From: Podarcis filfolensis
Lineage: Eukaryota
Assembly: GCA_964270895.1 (NCBI GenBank)
Contig: OZ185440.1
DNA length: 64,000 nucleotides
Reading direction: 5' to 3' (one strand)
Shown here: positions 1 through 13,378 of the stretch, one piece after another
Layout of the letters: each line of letters begins with the position of its first letter
Position numbering within the stretch: position 1 is the first letter of the stretch
Program-made: the position numbers and the translations under genes
The notes under the pieces: model-generated
What the model was told of the DNA's origin: nothing
Database searches by the model: none
Seen by the model: the letters and a program-made list of their open reading frames with translations, nothing else

Positions 1-910
1 AGGATCAGTTTAACTGCTGGACAGTTAAGTGAGAAATGCTTAGTCTAATTGCCCAGCTCCCAACAGACCACCCAAACAGACAACACAGCAGAAAGAGCAA
101 ATGCATGTACAATCCATCCACCTTCACATTTTCCAGCTGCATCCACATGTTTACACAGAGAGAAGGAAACTAATTTGTCTCTAGTGTGTATTCCTCAGGG
201 GCCAAACCACAAAACGGACTAAATACTCCACAAGCATAATTATGAAAAATTGTATACACAAGTCAAACCAAAGAACACAGATACTACAACTTCAGCTGCT
301 ACCTGACAACATTCCTTCTTGTGGAATCTATGTCTGCTCTCATTAAAAGAATAAGAGGTACAGCCCACTTTTATGCTAAGGGGCTACGTGCACATTTGTG
401 GTACAGTTCTAGAAATATGGCTGTACACTGCTGGTTACGGGAACTGACCCATGCTCTATGCCCTAAATTCCATCCATTTGCTCTCTCTATATGTACCACC
501 TTACTTGTCATAGCCTCAGTTTGCAATGGGAATTTTGGTGGCCAATCACCCTAACCTAACTGATTAGGTTAACTGATTTCAAGTTTCCTAATAAGACAAC
601 ACAGAAAGAACATGAACGAATCTAGATTCTTTGCACTTTTGGATAATAGTAATACATGGTTAACTCTGGCTCCAAGACAACCTTCTGTTGAGGTTCACTG
701 GTATTAGCTTTTAGCCTCCTGTTTCTGAATCCTGCCTTCTAATGTCTGAGACAAGCAGTTCTACAAAATGTGGTGTGCCCATGCCGATGTTCATTAAAAG
801 TTTCTAGTTTGAGAAACCTGTTTCACAGTTTCAATGTATTCAGAGAGTTAGGGAATTAATTATATTGGTGAGAGTTCAGACTAATCTCTCTGATCATTCT
901 CTTACTGGAA

Positions 911-1167
911 ACGGACCTGAACCAATGGATTCAAGTTACAAGAAAGGAGATTTTGACTAAACATCAGGAATAATTTCTGACAGTAAGAGTTGCTCCACAG
1001 TGGAACAGACTCCCACAAGTGGTAGTGGCCTCTCCTTCTTTGGAGTTTTTTTAAGCAGAGGTTGGATGGCCATCTGTCATGTATAATCTAGTTGAGATTC
1101 CTGCATCGCAGGAGGTTGGACTAGATGACCCTCTGGGTCCCTCCCAACTCTACAATTCTATGATTCT
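911..1167 (+). mobile_element. CR1 LINE 3' fragment
   Basis: Degenerate RT C-terminal region (NGFKLQERRF-like, QWNRLP-like) followed by the CR1 3' UTR ending in ATTCTATGATTCT. Confidence 0.85.
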
Positions 1168-1224
1168 AGGACTGTTACGTTTCCTTGGGACATACGTGTA
1201 TACATGTCTGCAGATTACAGATTA

Positions 1225-1564
1225 CCGTATTTTTTCGTGTATAACACGACCCCATGTATAAGACGACCCCTATTTTTGGGAGCCCTCAACAGTTGTGGAG
1301 CTTCTTTTGTAAGTTCGCTGAGCTGTTGAGCAGCTTTTTGATGATCCCCCGCTCTGGCTGATGGAACTGGTGCCATAATACACCACATACTGGCACTCAC
1401 CAAATACTCCAAAAATACACCAAATACTCCCCTCTGACATTTCCCTGCTACCACCGTAGCACCAGCCCTCGCTTACTTAGCATATTAACCCGTGTATAAG
1501 ATGACCCTCAATTTATCACAAAAAAATCAGAAAAAAATGTCATCATATACATGGAAAAATACGG
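1225..1564. mobile_element. Tc1/mariner-superfamily (Tc2/pogo-like) MITE
   Basis: TIRs CCGTATTTTTTCGTGTATA / TATACATGGAAAAATACGG flanked by TA on both sides (1223-1224, 1565-1566); no coding capacity. Confidence 0.8.
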
Positions 1565-4340
1565 TAATGTTTAAGGAATAAACCCTTATGGAATTAAAAT
1601 GACTGTCTGGGCAGGATATAGCTGAAATATGCTAGGGGAACTAATTACCATTGCAACCCTAGTTCTATTCTGCTAGAAGACAGCTCTCTTGCCTCGTAGA
1701 GTTGGCCCAGAAACTAACATGTTTTCTGAAATACACAAGAGCACAGTGTGACTTTCTTTGGGTCACAATCTGAATACTGGAGTGCCCCTGTAAGGCCCTT
1801 GGGATATGCGTGTGTGTGTATATATATATATACAATAGACAACGGATAATAACTTTCCCAGAAAAATATCACAGAGGAACAGGTAAGTGTAGATGAGAAG
1901 AGATGCCACAGTTCACCTGTGCAGTGATTATTTTGGTTTCTGGGGAGAAAGTAACCTCCCATCCCAAACTGAGTCTTGATGACAGTTTACCCAGTGGCCT
2001 TACCATGGTTTGCACACAACTACTTAATGGGCTGGCTGCTGGTAACAGCCAACCAACATTATTTATTTCTCCTTGCTATTTCTTACAGATAATATCCAAC
2101 ATGAAAGCCTTAACTAGAATAACTTCCATGCATCTATTATATCAATAAAGATACTTTATAGCCAATTGCTTTATATTTTTCTCACGGAGCAAACATTCAT
2201 ATAAACAGTCTTCAATCATGAATGCCATCCTTTGATTTAGAGTGTTTAGCAAGTTATGTAATTCAGGTACTGCATTTTCAGTAAAATTTCCTTTCCCATG
2301 AAAATGCCTGACTAGACCCCTCAGAAACTTCTTTTCTGGGCTCACATCCAGAACATTTCTGAGTGGCACTCTGCCAGCTCCATATCACCTTAGCAATGAA
2401 AGAGTTAGTAATCCACTGTTTTGCCTGTATGTATCTTCTGAATAAACAAGGACTGAGACAAAAAAAGAGAAAAGAGAATGGGGACCAGTAGTCTCAGAGC
2501 TTATTCGCAGACTTATGTCAGAGATAGCAAATTCTAAGCATGTGAATATTTTTCTTCTCCACAGTAAATTCAGGGCAGCCTTCAAAACTACGGAAATCTT
2601 CCAGACAGGAGTATAAAGAGCTCATAGAAAACTCAAAAAGAAAGGGAATATGCATCATCTTGGTCTTTTCTTCTCTAAAAAGTTATGTACTTGGACACAT
2701 GCAGGTCTTTGTTACATAAACTGTGATTTCATTCAGTGCCATGAATCCTTGTGTAAATGCAGTTAAACATTCCTAAGTGACTGTTTCACAAAAGAGGTTT
2801 TGCTCCACTTCAGAAGCCATATCATATTTCCTAGTAAAAGTCAAAGATAATATTAACAAAAAAGTAATGTGCAAAAGTTCTTGGTGACCTCTGGGGCGAG
2901 TCAACTTGATCTGCAAAAGATAACAAATAATAAATAAGAGGACATAAGAATATTTTATTACAAGACTAGATTAAAGGTTATTTCTATGGAGATTCCCACC
3001 CACAGACATATCCCATAGCCAATAGAGATGAGAGGTGGAAAGGAGACCAATAGTAGAAAAGAACTGCTGCACTTGACAAACAAGGTACAACAAGAATTGG
3101 CAAACCATCAGCCAACTCCCAATTAAACTGTCATGGGGATATAAAACATGGAGTAAGCATTGTTACCCAAAGATGAACTGGAGGAAACCAAGGAAATGTT
3201 CTGCAGAACAAATGAGCTTCTACAATTCATTGAAACTGATGAAACTTTATGGGCAGTCATGGCAATTATTTATCAAGTAGAAAAAGCTCTACTGCCCTAG
3301 GCACAGATGTCCTCAAAGTAGCATTGAAGTAGAGCATTCTGGATCACAAAAGACAAACTCAGACTTCACCATTGAACTTAAAATAAAATGTTTTTCTAAT
3401 TCATGAGCAGTTTTCTCTAAAAATAAAATAAAATACAGCATTGTTTAAAACTACCATCAGGACATACTGGCTGGGAGCCTAAGTTTCCTCCCACTGGTGG
3501 AGCATCCCTTGAGCAGACTTCTGCTAAAAACATTCCTGGTAGTGTGTGGAGGACAGGGGAATCTCTTGCCAATTCACCTTGGTGTTCCTCCAAATGTATT
3601 TGGGAGGGCTGGGGGACTCTTGAAAGCAGCACAAAAAGCAGCATAGCGAACTTATGGGGAAATAGGGAAATGGGTGAAAAATGCTCCCCTCCTCCTACTT
3701 TTTAGCTGTTATATTAGCAGCAGTTATAAGGCTAAACACTATTTCTTCATCATTTTCTGGAATGACATATTTTAGTTAACTAAGCAGAAATATTTTATTT
3801 TCCAGGGGCATATGATATCCTAACGTATCAGAGATATGCTCCTTCTGTTCATAGACAGGATGCAAAGGAGAATCCTGCAGGTAGAAGGGGGAGAAGCCAA
3901 TTTCCTACTATATCTGAATAGATTGATAACATTTGGTCCATAGTAACTGTGATTAAGTAACTTAGTACAACAAAATACATATAAACCAGCACAACAGGTT
4001 TTTGGGGGTATTTTTTGTAATGTTTTAGAACAAGATCAATTATAATGTCCAACCTTGTGCTGCTTTCAACCTGTTGAAACTGTATTGCTTTTTGCTCTTT
4101 ATATTTGCTTTATTTTTTTAAACAAAATTAAAATGATAAAAAACACTTTTCTCTTTCTCTAAGCCTTGGGGTCTTGGGAGTTGGTGGATGAGATATGGAG
4201 CCCCCTGGTTTATTTTTAAAAGGAGCAGATGTAGTGAACTATATTGTTTATTTGGTATGAATGTTGTATTTTGTTTGTGTACTTTTACCATGTGACTCAC
4301 CCCGGGATCACCTGGCAATGAAGAAAAGGATAGAAAAAAT

Positions 4341-4384
4341 GGAAGGAAGGAAGGAAGGGAGGGAGGGAGGGAGGGAGGGAGGGG
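4341..4384. repeat. (GGAA)n(GGGA)n microsatellite
   Basis: Directly visible. Confidence 0.95.
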
Positions 4385-4517
4385 CTGGAAGCAAAGGTTA
4401 CGGACTGCCTTCTTTATAGGGAAGCTGAAGTCTCCTTCATTTCCTTGGACCTAGTAAAAAAAATAATCTTCCAAGCATGAAAGGAATGTCCTTCTGAGCA
4501 TGCAGTTGTACCCTTTC

Positions 4518-4663
4518 TAGGGTTGCCATGTGTCCTCTTTTTCCAGAACATGTCCTCTTTTTTTATGGGTATGTAAAATGAAAGTCATCATACTGAGCCA
4601 TAGTTAAAAGTAGAAGTTGGCAAATGTGTCCTCTTTTTTGCTCTTCAAATTATGGCAACCCTA
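4518..4663. mobile_element. short MITE, probably hAT-type
   Basis: TIR TAGGGTTGCCA...TGGCAACCCTA with an internally repeated TGTCCTCTTTTT; no matching TSD seen. Confidence 0.65.
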
Positions 4664-7383
4664 CAGGCTTAAACCCAGAGCAAAAAGCTCCAAATGTCAC
4701 TCTCAGAAACCTTTCACCCAAGTCAAAGAAATATTAGATGAGACTGAGAAATGCCCTCAGGAAAGACATGATGTGTAAGCTAAGCTCTCATGGAGGTTTC
4801 CCCCTAGGAGATACTAAATGCTGCTGCCTAGTATCAGCCCTACCCAAGAGCAGGTCCTCCTCCAGAAGTAATACATATGTAAGACAGAAAGATGTCAGAA
4901 CAGGTTTGAGAAATAGAACTATCTCAAGAATTGTAAGAGTCCTCTAATTGTAGCAATCCATTTCCCCAACCCTACAGGGAGAGATGAGGGCAGATGAAAA
5001 CATTAGCTCATTTGCTTTATTAACACAAGCTTGTTTCTTCCATCTGGTAACAAAAAATAGACAGATCATTCATGGTCCTCTAATAGTATCCCTCCCGGGC
5101 ACTGATAGTGGTAAAGACAGTTTTCTGATTCAGGAGTCCAGGCCCTGAAATCCAGAATTATTTATTTTGGTGGCCTTTGCATTATGCAATTCAAGTTTCT
5201 AACCGCATAAGACCAAGGGTAGTAAACAGCAGATTAGCCATGACACACTCTGTTTCATTGAATCATGGAATCTTTTACATTGTGGGCAAAGAACACTAAA
5301 CCAGTCAATTGTCAAATTCTAAATACTGTGGTTGAAAGTATGTAGTATGTCAGTATGTAGATGACAAATGCAATTATACAGCCACACACAATGAAGAGGC
5401 ATAGCAGAGTGGGAGATGATTCTCATTTTAAATAGACACTAAGTGCTCTTTTGTAGTTTTCTTTTACTATCAATTGTTGATAATACCAGTTTAGATGCTT
5501 AGATCAAATCTACATCCCTATTCCCCCCGCCCAATAATTATAATCCAAGATAAAGCTCCTTCAAAATTGATTTGCTCTTTGCTGAAGTTTATTCTTTTGT
5601 GAAGATTAATCAATTCTTGGAAATCATAACTGGCTTTTCAAAGTTATCCATTTATCAAAACTGAATATAACTCTTCAACTCTTGTTCTTTCATTCACATG
5701 ATCCAGACATCGTTCATCAACAAAGGGTGTCTGTTTCAGGGACACTGAATTTTCTAGAACACAATATAGTGTCACATGGAAAAGTTATTGGGTTTAATGC
5801 AATTAAGAACAGTACTTCAAACATTCACCAGGGCACATAATGCATAGCAAGTTTGATGTCAACAATGCCAAGACACAAACACACACCCTCAAGTATTTGC
5901 TCCATTATGTGGCCTTTTAAAAAGGTTAGCATTATAATAACCCCCTCCCCCAAAACTTCTGAGGCTGCGTCCCCTCGCTGTATAGCTAAGTGGTGCTAAA
6001 ACAAAAAAGTAAGTCAACCACTTCTGTGGACAGTGTCACAATATAGTTAAATCACCAGGTGGCACTAGTAGCAGGAAGCGTCTGTGCCTGTTCTGTTATT
6101 TTGAGAGAGTTAATAAAGTTATTGACTAGTTTCTTGACTGGTGTGTCCTGTGAGTCAGAGATAGGCAGAAGGCAGATCAGGATCCATGGACAAATCTTGA
6201 GGTGATTTATCAGGGGTGGAATTAACTGCTAGATATTGAACAACAGAAGCCATTAAAAGTCCACACACACACCCTTTAGAAATTAAAGTTACTGAGAGAA
6301 AGACAGCTTGAGGGGTATCCAGGACTGGATTTGCATGTGAAATGACCAAGAGATCAGTTCTAGGCCTGAAACCAAATTGCTCTGCTCAGAGGCCTTAAAT
6401 GAGAAGTGTGCAGATTGCAGAAGCCTGCTTGTGTCCCCATTTTGCACCTGCATGTGGCTGGTGGTTCTCATGGTTCTACTAAAAAACAAAGTTCTATCAA
6501 GCCTGTGGTCTGCCAACCCTTGCTTGAAGCTATCCATAAAAACAGCTTCTAACATCAATGTCTGCCATTTTTTAGATTGTTCTAAAAATATACGCCCTTC
6601 TCCGTGGCTGAAATGCACATCTCCAGTGCTCCATTAATTTTTGTCAGGGAAAAAAACAAGACAGCAAACAGGCTGTCCCTCTGCAACTAAGCTACCTTAC
6701 ACACTCATCCATTATATTTGGACAGATTACAGCACTCACTGCACTGGGACTAGGGAAAAGGAAAACACCCAGGACTTCAAATATCTGGATAAGCTCTAAA
6801 TCTAACTGTCTCCTGCACAGCAGAAATAATCCCACAAGAAAATAGTTCAACACATACAGATGACCATTTAGGGTTTGAAGATAGGCTGGTGCTTTTTCAG
6901 AGCAAAAGACATCCCTCCCTATCCCCAGAGGTTCTAGTCTACAGACTCCTGTGAAAAGGGGCCAGATGTATATTGGAGTAGAAAGGCAGAAGTCAACAGA
7001 AGATAAGAAAAGGTAGAGCCGTTGGTCATAAAAACTGGTATGGAAAAGGAAGGAACATGTGTAATGCACAGGTTATGCGATAAAGCAACTTCACATCTTC
7101 AGGGACATATGGCACTAAAAAGAAGATTGGAAAAAATTAATAGGGGCATAAAATCAGAACAGTGACTAGAGGTCTGACCCAAAACTTCAAAGTGAGAAGC
7201 CATGTGACTGGAAGGACAAACGTGTTGCAACTTCCTCACCACCTCAATTGCCCTGGGGTGTAAGAGGGCCTGCTTTTTCAGTATGCTACAAACTAGATTC
7301 CCTAATAGAGGCTACCTGAGAAGAACTTTAAATAGCCACAAAGTCCTTCCTACACATACTAAATGTCAAGGCAACACATAACA

Positions 7384-7892
7384 CATCCTTCTCCAACCTG
7401 GTACTCTCCAGATGTTTTGGATTACACCATGGACCAACAACGGTTTATGAACCTCATTCGAGTGTTCTGCAGCACATCTATTAATTTGAAGATGGGAGAC
7501 AGAACATCTATTGCATTAAATATTCATATTACTTGCATTTAATTAATTGTTTATTTCTTATATATTGTATATAATCATATTACAATCTGAAAAGATAGAA
7601 TTCAGTTGTATTACTGCAAAATACACTATACAAAAAATAAAAGAAGTTATAAATATGCAATTAAAAATCATGTAGCATCTGGCATAGCACATTACAACTG
7701 TGACCACAGGCAGAAAAATAATTAAGTGGTCCACTAAGACCCACAGCAAATGTCAAGTGATCTGCAGGGGTATAAAGTTTGGGAACCACTGCACTCAACC
7801 TCCCTTCAGTCCCAGTCAGCACAGCCAATGATCAGGGATGATAGGAGTTGTTGTTCAAAACATCTGGAGTGCACCAGGGTGAAAGAAGGCTG
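7384..7892. mobile_element. MITE with ~38-bp TIRs, interrupted by a second truncated hAT-like element (~7427-7791)
   Basis: Left arm CATCCTTCTCCAACCTGGTACTCTCCAGATGTTTTGGA is the inverse of right arm TTCAAAACATCTGGAGTGCACCAGGGTGAAAGAAGGCTG; the AT-rich insert ends in GGGAACCACTG (inverse of CAGTGGTTCCC, a Charlie-like terminus). Confidence 0.7.
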
Positions 7893-8029
7893 ATAGATAT
7901 GGCACCTTGTCAAGGCCCTGGTGCATCACATTTCTTTTTTCAGATTGGGGCAAGCATGCGGTATCCTGCATGTGACTGAACCAAATGCATGCTAATTAAT
8001 TCAACTTTTTCCGAAGCAGCTTTTAAATC

Positions 8030-8385
8030 AAAGTTTTCAAAACAGTGTATAAAAACCTACAGAAAAATAGTAAGCCAGTAAAAATTGTCACACAAAACAG
8101 AGTAAAACAAAAATTAAAATAAAATAGCTGCTAAAAACGACTTAAATGACTGGGCAAATAAAAAGGACTTGTCTTGGCACTGAAACTTATCACAACAGGT
8201 ACCAAGTGAGCAGTCACAGCAAGAGATTCCAGAACCAGGACAGCACCACTGAAAATAACAGTTCTGTGGTTGCTACCTGCCTAATCTCTGATTGTACGGC
8301 CTGTTAGTAAAGAGCCTCCGATGCATATCATAACACATGGATTGGTTCATGTGGAAACAGGTGTTTTTTCAGATAGCAAGGTCTT
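8030..8385 (-). mobile_element. degenerate L2 LINE 3' fragment
   Basis: Resembles the recalled antisense squamate L2 3' end (TGGGCAAATAAAAAGG...GGCACTGAAA...AGATTCCAGAACCAGGACAGCACCACTGAAAA). Confidence 0.55.
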
Positions 8386-10427
8386 TTTCAAAGATGAATA
8401 TGCACCCTCAGATCCCCTATTTTAAGTTTACTTTTAAGAACACAGAAGACATTATAAGTTGTTTAATGCAATTTTCCATTTAAAACATCTGGTGTCATGA
8501 ATGTAGTAGGGATTTCATACAGTCACAGAAATTTCTGGTTTCAGTTGTTTAGAATCTAGGAATCAATCAGAAGGTAAAAACGGAAAATGAGGGTAGGAAA
8601 AAATAGATGTAAACATGAAATATGAGCAAATTCAGAGTTATTATGTATTCATATAATTGGAAAACTACATAGCTGGAATTTAACTTTAAAATCATCCAAA
8701 CCGAGCCCCAATGAGCAGAGGAAGCACCTACCCACTCCCAAGTCACTTATTGCAAGTTTCCAACCCTTGAAGAATATTTTTTCTTTAGTGTGTGTATCCT
8801 TTGATTTCCCCCCTTTTTCTCCCCAACCTGAAGCAGTACCTACTAGGAATGGTTGGGCGTGGAATAGCGACAGGTTCTCTCTTAGCTTTGCCTGTTCCCA
8901 GGTTTGCAGCAAGATGTGATGGGAGAGATGACAGAGGCACAAGAGATGTGGATTTTCTCTCTCTCCTTCCTGTTTTAACAAGGAAAGCTATCCCTCAGTC
9001 CAGCAACAGACCACACAACTCAAACTTATTACATAGCTTCTTTTTCTCTAGTAGGCAGAGCTCGAAGCACAAAAAAGCCAAAGCTCTTAATATTAAATAA
9101 CTTTAACATGCAGCTGTTTAACAAACTGTAACCGTTTCCAAGCTTTCTCTCCATGGCTGGCTACTTTAGTATAAAGACTGAATAATGGAATTTTGTTGAG
9201 GCAGACAGAGGAACTGATCCCCCCCTTTTTTATTGTCTTCTAACACCTCGTGATGTTTGCCCCACACAGAGATACTAGCGCAACAATATCTGCAAGTACT
9301 AAATTGGATCTCTTTAAAACTTAATGATATTTCCCTTCTTCAAGCAAAGCTGGGCAATCTGTGAGCAAGATCATGCACCCTTGCCCAACCAGCCTTTAGG
9401 ATCACATTCTCAAGAATGAAGCAAGAAGAGCAGGAAGCAGCCTGTGCTTTTTAAAAGACCCCCATCTGAGGTTAGTAACTCAGCACCCTTTCGACAAGGC
9501 TTTGCTATTAGTGTTAGGCAGCAAGCTGTGCTTGATTATTGTGCAGGCAGGAGCCTGGGACCATGTTGGAAGGCAGCAAACATTCTTCCCAGAGTACAAT
9601 TAGAAATCCTGAAAGCAGCTTTTAATGGGAGAGGGTGGGACGAGGCTAGTTTTTAAAGGGGAGGGGAACAAAGCTTCTTTTATTGGGGGCATCACACCTC
9701 TTTAGGACTGCAACAAAATCTGGACAATGAGAAATTTCCTACCCTTCCTCTTCCAGAAACGCACATTGCAGAGTACGTGCCCTTAACAGAATATCAGAAC
9801 TTGTGTTGTGCTAGAAAGCTATGAGCCAAAACACTGATCCATCCTAGTAATAGCACTCCGAAGGTACAATCTATGCAGTGCTGGTTCATAGGTGACCTGA
9901 AGTGGCCCAAGGGACAGAATTTGTTTTTAGGCTCCAATTTGTAAGATTATAAAGTTCAGTCACAATCGAGAAGCAAAATGAAGTTTCTCCCTGGCTCATA
10001 AACTCCGTATGTCTCAACAAACATTGCTAAAACTCCACATTTAAAACTTTGCATACCTTCATCTTCCCTCCTGAACAGATTCCTCAACAGGATTTCTTCC
10101 CAAAAATGAAGAAGTGATCTATTTAACTGAACTCTCTTTTGGAAGAGTATTTTCCTCCAATTAGTGTACAATGCACTGTATGGTTGGGGTGGTGGTAAGG
10201 TGTGCATGTGTATTTATACATTAGATGCAACTAAACCCTCTGCCTAGAAAAAAATATTATCATTATCCTTAGTTAAATTTATATCCAGCCTTTCCACCAA
10301 ATGGCATGACAAGGCAGGATATCATCTGGGAATGGAGGAATACCATTTGTGCAATGTGGATCCGTTGTGCAATCAACAGGTCAGCTGATTTGAGGAATGT
10401 GGAGAGGTGGCAAGGAACACAATAAAG

Positions 10428-10563
10428 CAGGAATGGGGAATCTGTGGCACTCTAGATTTTGCTGAATTAAACTTCCATCATCTCTGACCATTGATCATGC
10501 TAGATAGGGCTAATGGAAGCTGAAGTCCAGTAATATCCAGAGGCAGCAGGCTCCCTATCGCTG
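10428..10563. mobile_element. short MITE related to the 7384-7892 host element
   Basis: Imperfect TIR CAGGAATGGGGAATCTG / CAGGCTCCCTATCGCTG; internal CATCATCTCTGACCATTG...GCTAATGGAAGCTGAAGTCC. Confidence 0.6.
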
Positions 10564-10894
10564 CAATATAGTATCACCCTGCATCTAATGTGTCCGCCAC
10601 TTAGAACAAATGCTTAGTCAAATTCACAACTGAAGCACTAAAAATGCAACACAAGAAAACAAGCAGTTCCACTCTAAGTGGCTTTGAGTTGCCATGGCAC
10701 ACAAAGTAATTTTAAGTAATTCCCTTTTGAAGACAGAGAGTTCATCTGCTAGATTTCTTTCAAGGGCTACTTTGAAGGTTAATCCTGAACTAGGCTTGAC
10801 AGCCTCTTCTCTGCCTCCCAACATGGCTGTCACATATAAATTAAATGGCAGTCTTTTTATGAGAGGGGGAAGGGAGGGGGAGGGATTGTTGTAC

Positions 10895-10942
10895 CTGAGC
10901 CTATTGAACGTCCAACGGAGTCAGAGGAAAGAACCACTGAAT
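10895..10942 (-). CDS. ST3GAL3: ST3GAL3 second coding exon (48 nt, stem region)
   Basis: gttacag|ATTCAGTGGTT...GGCTCAG|gtacaa; phase 1-1; encodes (N)SVVLSSDSVGRSIGS, matching human NSVVLSFDSAGQTLGS. Confidence 0.92.
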
Positions 10943-13307
10943 CTGTAACACAAGAGTACAAGTTCATTTTTCCCTTGTCATATAAATCCGTTACTTGTTT
11001 ACAAGAGGCTCCTATTTCCTCTTCCTCAATAAAATCAGTGTACTGGCTACACATTCAGCAAAGAAACTCTAACCACGGCATTTTTTGTGCTACATGTGCA
11101 GCTGATCAATCACACTGGAGTGAAACATTAAAAATACTTCTGGCCCAGAATTATATTCCTTCCAGGAAGGGGGTAGGCAGTCCTAAAAGAACCTAATTTT
11201 TGTCCCACAGCAGAAATTCAGTAGGGAGCAAGCTTCATGCTGCCTTTGAGGAGCTCCTAATGCCTCATAATTATTATTCAAATGTCTTGCAGTTTCTTTT
11301 CTGAGTTATTCCTATGCTGTGACAGAGAGAATGAAGTGCACTAGTCAAACAGGTTAGCAAATTACTGTGTCATAGAATACCCAAGTGCTACATTCCATCA
11401 TGTGAGTAGAAGAAGGTATCTAATACATATGAAAGAGAAGCAAGGACTATGTTAGAGATAACATGTGCATTAAGAGCAAATGCCACCACAAGCATAGCTG
11501 TTTAAAATCACTACTGGAATTATATGGCCTCTTGAGTCTAAGGACGTTTTGTTTCAACACTGCCCATGGTTTAACTTCACAATGTAATAGAAAGATCATG
11601 GAGAGAAAGATTGTGGAAGCTAGTTGACAGATACAGAATTCAACTGATAAAATTCAAGATCATTCATAATTCCCTATTTCCAAAAAAGGGCAAGCAACAT
11701 GGTGAAACCTAAAACCAGAAGGAACCCACAACAACAGTGGATGGAAGCTGGGAGGGAAGGGATGGACACTTTTATTATGTGAATTTTCCCAAGTTTGACT
11801 TAGATCCCAATATATTCTATGTTTTATAAGACTCATTTCCCACTTTCTTTTTCCTTGCAATATCCCTGAAGCCATTTGGACATATTCTGTGTCCAAAGGA
11901 ATAATGATTTCAGCAGAATCATGTTTAGCAATAAACCATTTTTATTCCAAAGGTTTAGACTTGTATGTACAGATTGTATGCTGTATTGCAAAGAGTTCTG
12001 AGAATCACAAAATAAACCACAGGCCCCGCAGAGATACTTGAAGTTTAATAAAAGATTGATGCAGTTTTTGTATTACATACTGCAGGTAATCCCAAGCCAA
12101 ATATAGTGATGGACCAACACTAATCTGGTGGCTCCTTTAAAGAAGTGCACACACTGGACAACAATGAAGAAATGTATTATCAAAACTGGTACATTCACCT
12201 AATGCAGAGCCAAACCATGGCTTAGCCCCAGATAGTGTAACAGCAGGAGGACCAAAGGAGGAGCACAATCGTCGATCAGGGAGTCCATACATTTGCTCAT
12301 TCACATTAAAACAAAGTTTATTCAGTGTTGCATGCAAATCAGATCAGTGTTATGTAAGGTGTTCAATACTTTGATTCCATCTCAAAAATAAGATCACAAG
12401 ATCAAAGAACAAAGAACAAAATTCCAGCTAGTAGCTCCTACTGATAAAGGTAGTTTCTCCAACCTCACATTGTAATTCACAAACTCAATGAAGTAATACT
12501 TTTTGTAGTGTCAACATCTATCATGCATATCTGCTCTAGACGTAAAGCCCACTTGACACAACAACATTAACTAGATTGTGGCTATTCCTAGAACTCCTAT
12601 ACACACACCATTATCTGTGAATAAATTCTTTAAAAAGCATGATTAACACATGATGTGTTGCTTCATGGACCAGTGCCCTGCTATTTCATGCAGTCAATGC
12701 TAAGTCTACTGCCAAATTCCCTTCTCCATTCCAAATTGGATTTAGTTCACAGAAATACTAAGATTGAAGCATATACAGGAAATGCATATGCATACACACA
12801 GCTTTTTAACTGTGTTACACCTAACACGACATTATTAGAAGCACAAAATAAAGCTTTAATTCACAAGTGAGAACATTAGGAAGAATTCTAGCTGTTAACG
12901 TCTAGAAGTTACTTATGTATTATTGTGCAAATGTGTTGATCTGAGAAACTCCTCCTTCACACAGAACCAATTCTGCATACATCATTGATTCAGTAGCAAC
13001 CTGAAACAAAGGTCTACTCAAATATGGTCCTTTGCAAATAATCTGCTTGCAGTTGATATGGAAAATAATGAAAAGCAAACATCCAACTAGCAACAGTTAA
13101 TTCCTGAACACACTGAGAAAATTTAATATTGAGATTGCTGTTAAAAGTCTTTATTAAGTCTGCTTTTCCAATCTGAAATTTGAGTCCCTCAGAATACATT
13201 TGTCAAAATCACATGTAACAATTTTGCATGTATGTTTTGTTTCTTTTGCAGTGATAGGACCACAATATTTTATCCATTCACTGACACCCCACTATTAAAA
13301 GGATAAA

Positions 13308-13317
13308 CACACACACA

Positions 13318-13376
<59 letters not shown>
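13308..13376. repeat. compound (CA)n(CT)n(CA)n microsatellite
   Basis: Directly visible. Confidence 0.95.

Positions 13377-13378
<2 letters not shown>

Noticed and set aside
6155-6618. Minus-strand EAVFMDSFKQGL motif resembling Gypsy gag (EAALMDxFxxGL)
   Set aside because: Only a short motif; no zinc knuckle, protease DSG or RT motif follows, and its orientation conflicts with the nearby LTR-like segment.
1-10894. Search for the next ST3GAL3 exons (YDRLGFLL.LDSKL, PAELATKYANF)
   Set aside because: Not found by eye on the minus strand; they probably lie beyond position 1.
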